This document shows, in pieces, positions 24,505 to 37,583 of a DNA stretch of 64,000 nt. Made by a program: the position numbers and the translations under genes. The notes beneath the pieces are model-generated. The model did not search any database, was not told the DNA's origin, and worked only from the letters and a program-made list of their open reading frames with translations. The stretch lies in contig NW_027192192.1 of the NCBI RefSeq assembly GCF_041956535.1, positions 1 to 64,000 on the forward strand, in the 5' to 3' direction. Origin of the DNA: Calcarisporiella thermophila CBS 279.70. Lineage: Eukaryota; Fungi; Calcarisporiellomycota. How positions within the stretch are numbered: position 1 is the first letter of the stretch; each line of letters opens with the position of its first letter.

Positions 24505-25739
24505 TTAGAAGAACAACTCGCGCAGGATTCTTGCGGTATCGGTGGGGGAGGTGACTGAGTGTCCGATCACCTTAGGATGAGTGAAAATCTCGTAATCGTT
24601 ACCTCCCTAATATCGCAGGTAGGAAAAAAAAAGGCAAAACAATGGATTAATACTCTTCCATTCATGCCTACGCAAGGAGAGTGCCTACTTACAGGGTAAG
24701 TCTTATCGCCGAAGAAATGTACTTCATCAAAGTTATCCGCCTCGATATGGCGCAAGCAGTAGGTCTTGTCCCATCCATTGGGAAATACATCGAACGAAAT
24801 CTGACCGCCTATCAAGAGAATATCAAATGCATCATTAGGCTCAGAGATCAAAAGTAAAATTAAGAAAGAGAGATAATACCAATGGAATAGGTGAGCCCGA
24901 ATTCGGGGAACTCGCTCTTGAGCGCCTCGACAAACTTCTTTCGGATTTCAAACTGCTTGTCATACTTTTCATATTCATCTCTTTCCGGTTGCCTACATAA
25001 ACCATTATCATCAGTGTCCAGCTTTTCAATTATCGCATCAATATGGGGGTAGTGTACGAGCAGTTGCGACCAATGGGCGACACGTTAATCATGCCCTTGC
25101 GGAACTCGATGAATGTGCCTCGCTTCTTGGGAATGTCAAGATCAGCGATGTATTTAAGGATAAAGTTGACCAATTTCTTGTATTTATCTTCGCCAATAAA
25201 GTCGATGAAGCTCTGTTACCAGGTTGGAAGATCGATAACCAATGGAATTAGTGGGTTGTAAAGGCGCGTTGTGTAAATCTTCAACTTACCATGGACGGAA
25301 GCTGTTTGCCAAGTCGGTAGGCAGTCAATCCATTCTCTGCAAACGCAAAGTCAAACAGGTTCACCACTATTATTCAGAACAACGAATTATGTTAGAATAA
25401 ACTGAATGGTCTGACACAAATGCTACAGTATAAGGTAGAGAAACATCTCACCATCGTTTCCAATCTGCTCCTGTTGCTTCACAAGATCGGACCCTCCTAC
25501 AAATCCAATGACCACCTTTTTCCGTAATTGGGAGAGGAGGAGCTGCATCTCCGCGGTAATGACCTACAACAAAGATAAAAATTAAATACTGAACAAAAGG
25601 AGAGGAAGGAGGGAGACAGAGCGGTCCTGCATTGGCATTAGAACGGGGAGACCATACTTACTCGACGGGCTGGAGTGAGAGTTCCATCCACATCAAAAAG
25701 AACAAGAACATTAGGGCGTTCGCGATCAGAAAATGACAT
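24505..25739 (-). CDS. SEC53: Phosphomannomutase (multi-exon)
   Basis: [46 protein letters not shown] and HFFGDK motifs. Confidence 0.95.
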
Positions 25740-26017
25740 TGTCGGTTGATTTATGCGATGATGGGAAAGAAGATCACTCGGCTTGAAAGGATGACGCTGA
25801 GATGAAAAAAAAAGAGCTGTTCAAACCAAAAATAACACTTCGACGTGTCGGTAATAAAAACGCGGTCTTTGAATGTCACGAAAATCCAAGCAGAGGGGAT
25901 GTCGAGGGCAGTCAAGGTTGGGGAAAATTGTTTAAGACACAGGACCACCCGTGTTTATGCTTATATTAATAAAGTGCGAAGCCCAACGCCTACTGATCCC
26001 CTTTACTTTGCTGCACC

Positions 26018-27098
26018 ATGATGGCTCTGTGCCGTCTACTTCCAGCATCCCAGGTGCGATTTCTGCGCCCCGCCCTCGGTGCACGTCTCGCTCTCTCGGC
26101 ACGGTGGCACTCCTCGCTCCCGTCAAACAAAATGCAGGAAGGCGAGGACGAATGGGCCGTCAATGAATCGTTCCGGGCGCCCACGGGGACCCCTCCTCCT
26201 GATTCCGCCTCGACCGCGGAGAAAAAACTTGATCAGCGAACAGGCGCAGGTAGTGGCGATCGAAAGCGGTTGGATGTGAGCGAGAATTTGTTAATCCAGC
26301 AAATGTTGTTTGAAACCAAGCCGGAGTCGAAAGGTAGGGTGTGAGTCTGCACTTACCAAGCTGCCCGCTTTATTTTTACTGATATAATGGGCGCCTTTGT
26401 TTGTTTAAGATATAGGTCATGAGCACTCGAAGGAGGAAAATATCATTAAACCTTCAGAGGAGGAGAAACCTAGTGAGGAGGAAATTTTATCCCGTGTGGA
26501 TATCAGAGTGGGGAAAATGATCCAAGTAGAAAAGCATCCGGAAGCCGACCTGCTATATGTAGAGCAAGGTGACATTGACATTCTATTCTGATTCCCCACA
26601 GGCCTACTGACTTTTTTTTTGGAAATTCCGCAGTGGATGTTGGCGAGGCGACTCCTAGAACCATCGTCAGTGGCCTGGCGAAATATATCCCATTAGACGA
26701 CCTCAAGGTGGGCGACCCAAAATCTTGGTTTGCTGGTGCTTTTATTTGACCTCGCTTGACTATAGGATCGACATGTCATTCTTGTGCGAAACATGAAGCC
26801 TTCCAAGTTCCGTGGCATACTTTCCCAAGGAATGCTGCTTTGTGCGTCCAAGGATGGGCGGGTGGAGCTACTAGAGCCGGCGGAGGGCAGCGTTGCGGGC
26901 GACAAGGTGTATGTGGAGGGCTTGCCTGTCGGAGGAGAGCCAGATGCGCAGCTGAATCCAAAAAAGAAGATTTTCGAACGCGTGGCGGAACACTTGCAAA
27001 CAAACAGCGAGGGGGTGGCCCAATACAAAGGGCGAGCGCTAAGGACGGAGAGTGGGCTGGTGAAATGCCGTAGTATCCTGGGCGGGCGAATCTCCTAA
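26018..27098 (+). CDS. EMAPII/Arc1-type tRNA-binding OB-fold protein with mitochondrial presequence-like N-terminus
   Basis: VDIRVG..VEKHPEADLLYVEQ, PRTIVSGL, NMKPSKFRGILSQGMLLCAS and LNPKKKIFE across exons. Confidence 0.85.
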
Positions 27099-28170
27099 TA
27101 TTCCTTTTACTTCATCTTCGTACTTGTACCTTTTATTTTAGCTTCATGTTTCTTTTTTATATTTATAGCTATTCTTTATTGTCCTCCTAATTCTCTTCCT
27201 AATTTGACAATCATGTTGAATACGATATATTTATCTCTGCTTTTGGTTGCGACTTGTTGCGTCGTTATGAAATCATGGTTTAGCTTATTGCCGAAGAGCA
27301 GGAGAGGCGAAGGGAAAGCTCTTAAATCGAGCCATTTTCAGCTGGTATGGAGCTTGGCTGGATTTTGCTTTGGCTTGCTTCTCTGCATGCCTCCGGGCCA
27401 AGACTGGGTGGAAATGATGCACAGGGAATCGAATCAGAATCCGTGGAAAATTCCTGTGGCAAGCCTGCCAACGCCAAATCGGCTCCTCGCAGAGCTTAAG
27501 GGGAAGGAAAGGTAATCTATTAAATTCTGCATAAGATCGCGTTGGGACAGTCTACCAAGGCGTCGACCACGGGGGTGCCGTAATTGGCTAGGAGGGCTTC
27601 GAAAAGCCGGTCGCAATCCTCGGCAAGCACGCGCGCGCACGCAAACAATCCATAACCCTTGTTAGAGACACGGTGGATTTTTGGGGGAAGATGCTAACCG
27701 TGGGAACTGGAAGGGGGCGAAAATCGTGACTATTCTCGGCCGGAATCAAGGCCCTTGGGACCGCGCATTCCAATCGGCCTCTGCCTGCCCACGACCGCGC
27801 CCGCCCGTGGCCCACCGGAGGCTTCGGTTCGAGATAGAGCTCAGAGAACGCCCGCCAAGGTACTTTAGCTCATGGCTGCACAAGGTGGGACACGCGCCCA
27901 CGATCAAATTGGAAACAAACGATCTGGTTAGGTAATGGAAAAAAGGAAATGAAAGATATGTGCGGAGTTGGAAATGGCGAGAAAAAGAGTTAGTGGTTTC
28001 TTAATTTTTTTCTTCGAGGGCGTTTCTCAAATTTTCTCGGTCAGGGTGTGCGAGCTCGGTTGGAAACCCATATAAAAAGAACGCGCAAGGCTTGCTTCCT
28101 GGTTGCAGTGTTCCAACTTCTTTTTTTTTTTCTCTTTATTCTCGCGTCGTAAAACTAAAACACAAGAGCT

Positions 28171-28811
28171 ATGTCTGGATTTCCCCAAGGTTACTTCTTT
28201 ATCAAGTCCATCAAGACCGGCAAAGTGCTGGACGTGGAGGGCGCCTCGAATAAGCCCGGCGAGGACGTCGTGCTTTATCACATTCACAAACTGAGGTCCG
28301 TCGACAATCAGCTGTGGTTCTATGAGAACGGCTACATCATCAACAAGAAGAGCAACCTCTGCCTGGACGTGAAGGGTATGTATCGTGATAAGGCCCTCTT
28401 TCTATCACCCTTTTCTTATATGACCATTGTGCGAATAGGTGGCCACTTGAAGGAAGTCGCTAAGATCATCCAGTACCAGCGCAAGCTCGGCCAGGAGGCC
28501 AGCAACCAAATCTGGGAGTTCCAGAACGGGTTCATCTTCCCTCGCGCCAATCCGGATCTTGTGCTTGATATCCGCGGCGACAAAGACAAAGATGCAAGTG
28601 TCTTTTTGGTCATATTCGCTACTGGATCTCGCGCTGACAATTTTTCTCCTATTTTAGGATGCTGAAATCATTCTTTACAAACGTAAGCAGACAGACAATC
28701 ACAACCAGCTTTGGGAACTGGGTAAGTTGGCTGTTTATTTCCGCATATTCATGCAGAAGATGCTTACTCACTCCCCTCTTCTCCGTGACCCTTGTAGTCC
28801 CCCACAACTAA
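28171..28811 (+). CDS. Ricin-B (beta-trefoil) lectin
   Basis: FPQGYFFIKS..GKVLDV, three NQ(L/I)W repeats, CLDV/VLDI; short introns. Confidence 0.9.
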
Positions 28812-29373
28812 ACCCCTCGTCCTGTAATCATTCATGTGCTTTCCGACTCTCTGTTGATATACTTTATGCTCTAAGCTTTCCAACCAATAAAAACATGTTT
28901 ATTAGTATGTAATATTGGATCATAAAGCGAAAAATCGATCAATCAAGCGTGATCTATAAGCACTGTAGCATATTTTGTTAAAACCATGCCTATTTCTTTC
29001 CGATCCTGTAGAGAGGAGCCAATTTGGGCTACCGTAGGAGTCAACAAGAGTGGATGGCTATAGGTTGAATTGGAATGGGGGAAAAAGATGGCAAAGAATC
29101 TTGGGAGTTTGCGCCATCCTGCTCTCTGTCCTACGCACCCGACTCCAAAGCGAGAAACAAACCCCAATGCAATAAAAAAAAGGCTCCATTTTGTTCATGG
29201 CACCGGATGTGTGCCTATAGAAGAGGAGGGCCGTCTTGGTTCAATTCAAATAGGATTGCATTTTTTTATCGAACATAAAGGATCCAAATTAAGTATGAAT
29301 ACAAATGGGTCAAATAAAAATAGATAAAAAGGAAGAGAAAAACAAAAAAACAATATTATTACAGAAACAGAAA

Positions 29374-31754
29374 TCATATTTCAATGGCTCCCGTTTGACC
29401 TCTCAGCCGTCTCCATAACCTCCGCCATGGTGCCGCAAATCGCGTCGCTATCCACGACAACGCCCTCTTCGAAGTCTGACCAAGCCTTGCACACACCCTA
29501 CGCATCCCAGAACAACATCCAGGAGGCGCCGCCACCTGCACATTCCTTCGGAAATAGACTTTAGCTAGCTCTTCGACAAATCGCCGGTCATGCTTAGGGT
29601 CGAGCCCAAGATGAAGTAATTGTTCAGGCCGGATAATCACGCACGCCGACTCCTCGTCATAGCCGCCCTCGGCTAAGTAGTTGGCCGCCTCGGAAGTCTC
29701 GATAAGTACCTGCAGCTTGTGTAGAAGTTGCCCGGTCAAATGCCTAAAGTAGCGTACCAACTCAATCTCGAGCTCTCCATGCTCAGCTGGCTCCTCCTCA
29801 AGTTCGTGCTCAAACACACCCCCTCTTGTGCTCCCGCTTGGGCCAGCAATGCCAGAGCCGCTCACCAGACTCAGTAGTCCTCTCTGCTCCTCTTCTCCCT
29901 CCTCCACTCCCTTGTTGCTGGTAGTTTCACCGCTTGAATTTCGTCGGCTTTCGCCATCTTCTCGCCGATACCACCACCACCACCACCCGCCCACCACCAT
30001 GTTTCTTGTGGTGTCGCCAAAGCTCTCTTCGCCCTCATCCTGGGGTCCCGCCATCCCTGTGCTCTCTCCGTCCCCCCACTTACTCATCATGCTACGGAGC
30101 ATCCGGTACCGTCGAATGTCAATCCTACCTATATGGGTGGTATTCAACTCTTTCGCGGTCGGACTCAACACAAATTCCGGTTTGCGCACGCCACCCACGA
30201 CGGGTGGGGGTGGCAGCGAAACATAGAGGTCATAAAGATGGGGCTTTGTGCTGTAGATTTTGTCCGTGGTGCCTAAATATCGCATGGAAGAGAGTCAGAG
30301 CACCTGTGGCAGACGCGAAAGAGCAAATTCTCTATAACTTACAAGCAACAAGTCCGTGCGGAATCGACGCTAGCATCTCGGCATCATTGATGCTTATGGA
30401 AAAGAGCGGTTGGAGTTTCTCCTTGGGAGAAGGAAGGGAATAGCTGCTCGATGGCTGGGCTACTAAAAGACAAGAACCATATACTGGAATTCAAAATAAA
30501 AAATCAGTTTGTATGCTAAAGTCAGAATAGATGAAACTACAGATGCGTACCATAATAACATGCTTCCTCGACCGGTGGAGGCGCATAAAACAGCGTCTTT
30601 TTCCGTAGCAATGCCATCTTCCAAATGGTGAAGATGAAGGGTCCCATCGCACGCACGAACTTTCCAAAGTGGTGTGCAGGGTGATGAGGCTATTTGGCAG
30701 CATTTTTGTCAATCTAAAATATAATCATATATCCACTAAAGTTCCGCCTCTCGTTACCATAACAGAAAGTCGTTCTGAGATAGACATGAGACTTTGAGCT
30801 CCAGATGAACTTTGCGACAGGCTTCGGTGACGATGGTCAAGATGGGTGCGAACAGACGTGATCGAAACCCCACGTCGCGCCTTGGTGTTCATGGGAGGGG
30901 AAGCAGGTGTAGTGCGGCGGAATTGATGAGCCTCAAGGTAGGCTTTGAGCCGATCGGTGTTTAACTGTTCCATTTCAATCATCTCACTACCAAACCAAAC
31001 CAATATCGTCAAGCTATCACTCGGGAAATACCTTACAAAGAGGCAACGTGAGCTGCATACCTAGCTTCGTATTTGAGAAAGTCGAGATGTCTCCAGACTT
31101 GGCCACATTTGCCACTCTCTAGGGTCGGCACTACCAATAGGCCAACGGAACGCATACGCGCTCCGCGTTCCTCGGCAAAAGGGCGGTTTTCAAAAACACA
31201 CAGGCCAATATAGGGCGGGTGGGAAAAGTAACTATACCAGAGGAAATCCCTTAAAAATCTTGACAACAAGCAAAAGATGGTCATGGCCAAGGTGACACTT
31301 ACATGACATCTTTGCTGACGTTATGGATAGCGCTGGGTATTGCTTTAAATTCGACGCCCTCCAAATCAATATCTTTCAAGTTCGCAGAGTTAGCAGGAAT
31401 AGTCATATGGGCAAGATCAAAAAGGCCCTACGAACCAGCTGGATATTGCCACTCTATGGTGTTTCCTTTGGTAATGTCGAATTTGGCGACAAAAACACCC
31501 ACGACATTGGACTCGTATTGTTCCTCACAATCCTCCTGATCATCTTGTTCCACCTCCGATCTTGCGTCCCGAGCCACTACCCCATTGCCTTTGTCTTCAT
31601 GGTCATTCGAGGGTATATTCTTGGAGACAATTTCAGCATAAGTTAGTGGCATATTAGAAGCAGTGCCATTGGTGATTGCCGTGGTTGCTTCTCCTGCAGA
31701 CGACCCATCCCAGGCGACATGGTGGTTGCCGCCGGGTGTATGCTCGTCGTTCAT
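29374..31754 (-). CDS. DENND11/LCHN (Anr2-like) DENN-related protein (multi-exon)
   Basis: VFVAKFDITKGNTIEW, LEGVEFKAIPSAIH, ERGARMRSVG and TTDKI...HLYDLYV motifs. Confidence 0.75.
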
Positions 31755-31923
31755 TGGGGGAAAATGTTTAAGAAAGGTTGGGAGTGAGAGGCGGTCTATA
31801 CCGAATTTTTCTTCTCCAAGTGAGAGAATCGATATCGCCGACGTCATAAACGCGAAATAAGATGCATTATCGTCGAAAAAGAAAAAGTGACTTTATCCTA
31901 TCAAATAAGTTTATGCGACAATC

Positions 31924-32494
31924 ATGTCAACCATTCGTTTAACACCCTCAAGAGAGAAGCCTTCCACCGCGACTCTTCATCTTCTTCCTTGCTGCATTGA
32001 GCACACTGGGCCTTCCAAAGTGGACTCTTTCTTTATAGTCTCTCAAGACGAATCATGTAAACCCTTATTATTGTATGGTATCCCCTATCGAATTGGTTTA
32101 TTAACAGCTCGTTGCACCGATAGCTCCTCATCTTCAGTCCTGTTTCCGAGGCCGTCGGCTTGTCGGAGAATCCATAAGCATTCCAAGTGGTTACCAGGGC
32201 GTGGTATTTCAAGAGAACAAAAATGAGAATGGATACAAAAAATGGGCATCGAATGGGGTGGAGGAGGAGGAGGAGCGGATAAGAGAATGGGGGCCCAAGG
32301 CTACATTTGAGAAAATGGTTGTATGGGATCACGATAAAGTGCCGGCAAACAAGTGGAAGCGAGTGGAGGAATGGGTTAGAATGGCAAACATTGTAAGTTG
32401 TTATATCATATTAATTGTTCTACCTCGATTCGAACGTCAGGCACAGATATTAATTTGTTTTTCTTTGCGCTCTCGCTAGTTGCACGGTAAATAA
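31924..32494 (+). CDS. RNH203: Ribonuclease H2 subunit C
   Basis: LHLLPCCIEHTGP, FRGRRLVG..IPSGYQG, FEKMVVWDHD and EEWVRMANI|LH. Confidence 0.9.
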
Positions 32495-32882
32495 TAGAGA
32501 GGCGGCAGAGTTTGTCTTTCCTTGCGTGGATGGAGGGTGAGCACAAGCCCTCGATATGGCGAGGATAGGTCATGGAATATCTCCCAAAATCATATTCAGA
32601 TAATGCGCATAGATAAAATCACCCCAAAAGATAAAATATGAAAAGAAATTGCGTGAAAGTTTGGCTAGCCCTGCTCCTTATTGCTTTTGTATTGCTTCCT
32701 ATCCGTTCTCTCTCGTTTGGGTTCTGCCGAAGCTCTCCGACCCATTGAGAGCAACAAGCCCTGATTTTAAACTCTGACTCCGTAAATTGGTTCATACATT
32801 TTTTAACGCTATTGTTTTTCTACTTTTTTTCATCCCTAAATTGATCCATACTCCATGCTCATCACTTAACCCTTTCCCTTGA

Positions 32883-33375
32883 ATGACCATTCCGCACGCA
32901 ATGCAAACTCAAACTAATGGCCATTATTCAAATCACTTTCCGATCCATAACACAAAACCGAACAAGAGACGCTTGACAGAACGGCCCAAGCAGAGAGAAG
33001 GCCGAAAGCACCTGAGGCCGCCAGGGTTTTCAACTCAAATGGAATGCACTCATTGCGGTCATGTGGTCAGAACAGATATCAAGTACAAGGCGGGCGCATT
33101 TGCATGGCTGTCCGCCTTTGGGTTGTGAGTAAGCTAACACAGGCCAATATGAAATAAGTGTCTCTTTAATGCTAATCAACTTTCTTAGTCTGCTGTTTAC
33201 GGTGGTGGGTGTTTGCATCCCTTTCTGCGTGGATGCCTTCAAAGGTAGTTTCGCGTTCCTCCTCTATGGCTATCACCGTAGAATAATTTAATTTGTTTTT
33301 GGTATTATTTTGTTAGATGTAATACATGTATGCCCGAGGTGTAAGGGTGAAATCGGCCGTGTCTACAGAGTCTAA
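32883..33375 (+). CDS. LITAF-like zinc-ribbon membrane protein
   Basis: CTHC..T, hydrophobic segment, IPFCVDAFK|DVIHVCPRC; two introns. Confidence 0.9.
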
Positions 33376-34223
33376 TGAAAAACAAACACACCCGGTGGAA
33401 ATATTCTCTGAAGAACACTCTGGTCTACTTACAGTTTCCAAGGACGATTGGTACACGCCCCATTGACCTATTCTCAATATACTTTTGTTTTATTACTCTT
33501 TCCTTTTCATTTCATCCAGTTGTAACAACAGAATATCCTATTTGTTTGTTTCTCTACTCTATACCCCTTTGCCTTTGTTATTGTTTTAAGAACAGTTAAT
33601 AAACACTAGGACCTATTCGGGCACCTTTTTTCCATTCCAAGGTGGTCCAGTCGGGCAAAGCGCTCTCCTGAATGCCCCGAGATGAGCACATTTGAAACAG
33701 GAAGATTTTGGGGCGGGTGAAGCACGAAGACGCACTCGAGCAGCCAAACGATGCGGCGCGAGGGATGAGGCGAGTTGCAGGGAGAGTCGGGAAGAAAGCC
33801 TTGGAAGTTTGTCTCCAGCGTGCATTACTAAATATAGATTGATGAGTTATGATCCATGTGAAATTAATATACACATTTTGATTGGCTCATGAAAACAATT
33901 CCGATTGTGTTTCGATCGTGGTATAGTATAAAAAACAAGGAAGAGAAGAGCCTGCAATAGTACGGAAATAGGTGAAGTTTTATTTGGCAAATATATATAC
34001 AAATATAATACAAAATGGATCATCATTAAAGAGAAGATGTAGTGAGTTCATGAGATACTAAGTAAAATCTAAGGAAATGCAATTAGATATATAATAAATA
34101 ATAGAGATAGGGTCTATGAGGGTGTGGGGACAAATATAGCTACTGCACTAAAAAATCGAGTTGCAGATTAAAAATTTACAAATCGAGGACCCATTCATGT
34201 TTTCCGGCTGACCTCTCTCTAAA

Positions 34224-35205
34224 TTATAGCTTACGGAATTCTTGTAATACTGGGAAGATTCGTTGGAATGCGGTATATATATCCTCCCGCAGCTTCGCCC
34301 CCGTTAAAACCACCTTGCCACTCACGAATATGAGTAGCACTACCTTGGGATTCATCATTCGGTAGACAAGTCCAGGAAAAAGCTCAGGCTCGTAGGAGCA
34401 GTACTGTCCGTGAGTAAGAGCAAATTCCTCGAGGCGAATCTGAAACTGGGCATCTTCATAGAAGTACGTAAGGTAAGATAAGCATAGCTGAGGCAAATTC
34501 CTTAGGGCTTAAGGCTACTTACCAGTAGTGGCGACTATATTTTGAATCTTGAAATCCATGAACTTGGCATCAAACCCAAGCTTTTGTATAATCCTCACAA
34601 ATTTTCTTGCCGCAAGTCGCGAATCTTCCTCTGATTTGGCACCCGTGACAACCATTTTACCACTGGTAAATATGAGCGCCGTTGTTTTTGGATCTCGAAT
34701 TCGCATAATCACAGCAGCAAATCTCTAAAATCGAAACAAAATGAGAGCAGGATGTAAGCATTTAAGTGAGAAAAAAAAAATTGATCAAAAGCTGTACCTT
34801 TGGATTATATTCTGCATTGCGCGCATATAACGCAATGGCCTTGAGATCTAGAGAAGTTTGAAGATTCAGAGTAGCGACTAGATTTTGCAACGTAGGCATT
34901 GTTCTAGTGATGAGATTGGGCTGTTGGCCACCATTTCCGAATCCTCTATAAAATGCAATAAAATTCAATGTATGTTCCAAGGTTAAGTGTAGGTAATTAT
35001 TAGATTATTATGATCCTATTTAAACAAAGTGAAAAATCAGATAATCAAGTGAAGATCCATACTCAAAAGAGTGTAGAGAGCTTGTGGTCTGATGATTCAA
35101 ATGTGGAGTATTTATATTAGTCTGCTTCGCAGGAAGCACGAGATTGGCACTTGCTATTCCCGCAGGACAAGGAAGAGATGAAAGATCATTGTAGATCGAA
35201 GGCAT
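34224..35205 (-). CDS. TBP: TATA-binding protein, divergent copy (multi-exon; start uncertain)
   Basis: [18 protein letters not shown]|[27 protein letters not shown] and YEPELFPGL motifs. Confidence 0.92.
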
Positions 35206-35721
35206 ATTTGAGGAGCAGCAGATCGTTTGCGAATTGATTAAATTTTATTTAAAATGGATTGTAATTAAAAAGAGGGAGAAGATTGAAAGTTTCGAAGCTA
35301 CTTAAATACTCGTTGATAATTGTCCTAAGCCACCATAGCCAATTAAAATAAGCTATTTTCCCGTAATTGGTGAATTGTTCAAATGAAAGAGTTGACTGCA
35401 CGTTTAGATTCATTTGACCAGTGCAGGTCTACTTTTCATCCACGATGCTTAATTCCAGCCTATAACATACAAGGTGAAAAGTGAATCCACAACAAAGATA
35501 GCCGGATAAAGAATGTGTCTTATAATAACGAGAAAAGAAAAAGGAGCAATTAACATGATATAATTTACGATTCCAGTGCTAAAGATTTTGATTAAGGTCG
35601 TTCGCTTGTACACAATATCCACCCTCTCCAGTCAATCCGATCAAAAACTCAGTCCCATCTTATACAATGAAAATGATTCAGTTTGTGCTATCTTTAATGT
35701 AGCTCTTGTATATTGAGATAG

Positions 35722-37583
35722 TGCTTGGCTTGAAACGCGCTCAAAATGGCTACTTCTCTTGGACAACTTGGACAACAGAATCGCCAAACAGCTATTTCAA
35801 ATATTGCCTCACAAAGGTGGACATATCATTTTGACTACACGTGTTCCGATCCCATCTAGGTGTGCAACGATCATTAGTGTGGTAAATATGAAGGAAGAAG
35901 AGGCGCCCTTGGCACTGCTTGGTGAAGAGATGTATTCAATTGATAGGGGGGTACTCGGTTCCATAACGCGTACCAAATAGTTGCGCAGTTTGAGTTTATG
36001 CCACTTGCAATAGAAATTGCGCGCGCCTACATCGAAAACACCGCTTCTCTTTCCAGAGCTATCTTGATCAGTTGAAAAGGAATCGAGAAAAATTGCTTTC
36101 GTATAAGGATGAAGAGTCGCTAGGAAATTATCAGCACACAATAGCAACAGTTTGGAACATTTCTTTTGATCGTGTGCGAGAATTCCCGGCAACTGTGCCG
36201 ATACTTGAAATTTGCACTTTTCTTCATCCAGATGAAATTCCAACACGTCTCTTTGAGCGTCAATTTGTTGCACTCGATCTTCACTCAAAGTCACAAACAT
36301 TTTTAGACAAACTACTAGCATTTGAAGATGTCCGAACAGCAATAGCGGTATTGAACAAATCCTCGCTTGTCACAATTACAACTAATGAGGGCGACAGCAA
36401 TAATAAGGAGATAGTATGAAATACATTAAAGATGCATCGACTCGTGCGTGAAGTGATCTATGCTAGAATTGAGGATGATAGAAAGATAAATTGGGCACGG
36501 AAACTAACTAAAGTGCTCAATCTCGAGACAGAAGATCTAAATGGTTATAATACCAAAGACAGGCCAATTATGCAAATGTACCTTTCGCACATACGATATT
36601 TCGTGGAATTGCTCGAGAATCTCAGCGAAAGAGCTATGCATTGCAAAGACCTGGTTAAATTGTTGAATAGCACAGTATTATACCTGCGCGCAAATGGAAT
36701 ATACGATAGCATACGAAAGCTAGCTGAGCTTTCGGTAATCATCAGTGGAAATATTTATGGCCCTGAGCACCCCGACACAGCCTTATCGGTTCACAGTCTG
36801 GCCAGCCTCTACTGGAGTCAGGGCAAGTACGAACAGGCGGAGCCGCTGTACCAGCGAGTTCTCGCAATCCAGGAGAAGACGTTGGGACCTGAGCACCCCA
36901 ACATGGCCTTGCCGGTTAACAGTCTGGCCAGCCTCTACTCAGAACAGGGCAAGTATGAACAAGCGGAGCTTCTCTACCAGCGAGCTCTCGTCATCCAGGA
37001 GAAGACGTTGGGACCTGAGCACCCCAGCACGGCCTTGTCGGTTCACGGTCTGGCCATCCTCTACTCAGAACAGGGCAAGTACGAACTAGCAGAGTCGCTC
37101 TGCCAGCGAGCCCTCGCCATCCGGGAGAAGACGTTGGGATCTGAGCACCCCAACACGGCATCATCGGTTAATGGTCTGGCTAGCCTCTACTCAAAACAGG
37201 GCAAGTACGGACAGGCGGAGCCGCTGTACCAGCGAGCTCTCGCCATCCGGGAAAAGACGTTGGGACCTGAGCACCCCGACACGGCCTCATCGGTTCACAA
37301 TCTGGCCAGCCTCTACTCAGAACAGGGCCAGTACGAACAAGCGGAGCCGCTGTACCAGCGAGCCCTCGCCATCCGGGAGAAGACGCTGGGACCTGAGCAC
37401 CCCGACACGGCCTTGTCGGTTAACGGTCTGGCCAACCTCTACACAAATCAAGACAAATGTAAAGAGGCTAAATCATTGTTTCAACGATCTTTGGAGATCC
37501 GGAAGAAAGCCCTTGGACCTGAGCATTCAGATACAATTGAATCTAGAAGCGCTCATACCCATTCGTTTTGTAATATATCCTAA
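35722..37583 (+). pseudogene. NB-ARC-TPR NLR: 5' part and P-loop missing, NB-ARC disrupted, TPR ORF 36432-37583 open
   Basis: LLLLDNLD, ILTTR, MPLAI and MHRLV motifs; frameshifts and an in-frame TGA at 36417; six LGPEHP-type 42-aa TPRs. Confidence 0.88.
36757..37520 (+). repeat. 126-bp TPR-coding tandem repeat (~6 units, high internal identity)
   Basis: Recurrent ggacctgagcacccc...cagggcaagtacgaacaggcggagccgctgtaccagcgag at 126-nt spacing. Confidence 0.92.

Noticed and set aside
33600-33830. GC-rich patch between LITAF and TBP as an ncRNA or exon
   Set aside because: No recognisable RNase P/MRP/snRNA motif or protein similarity.
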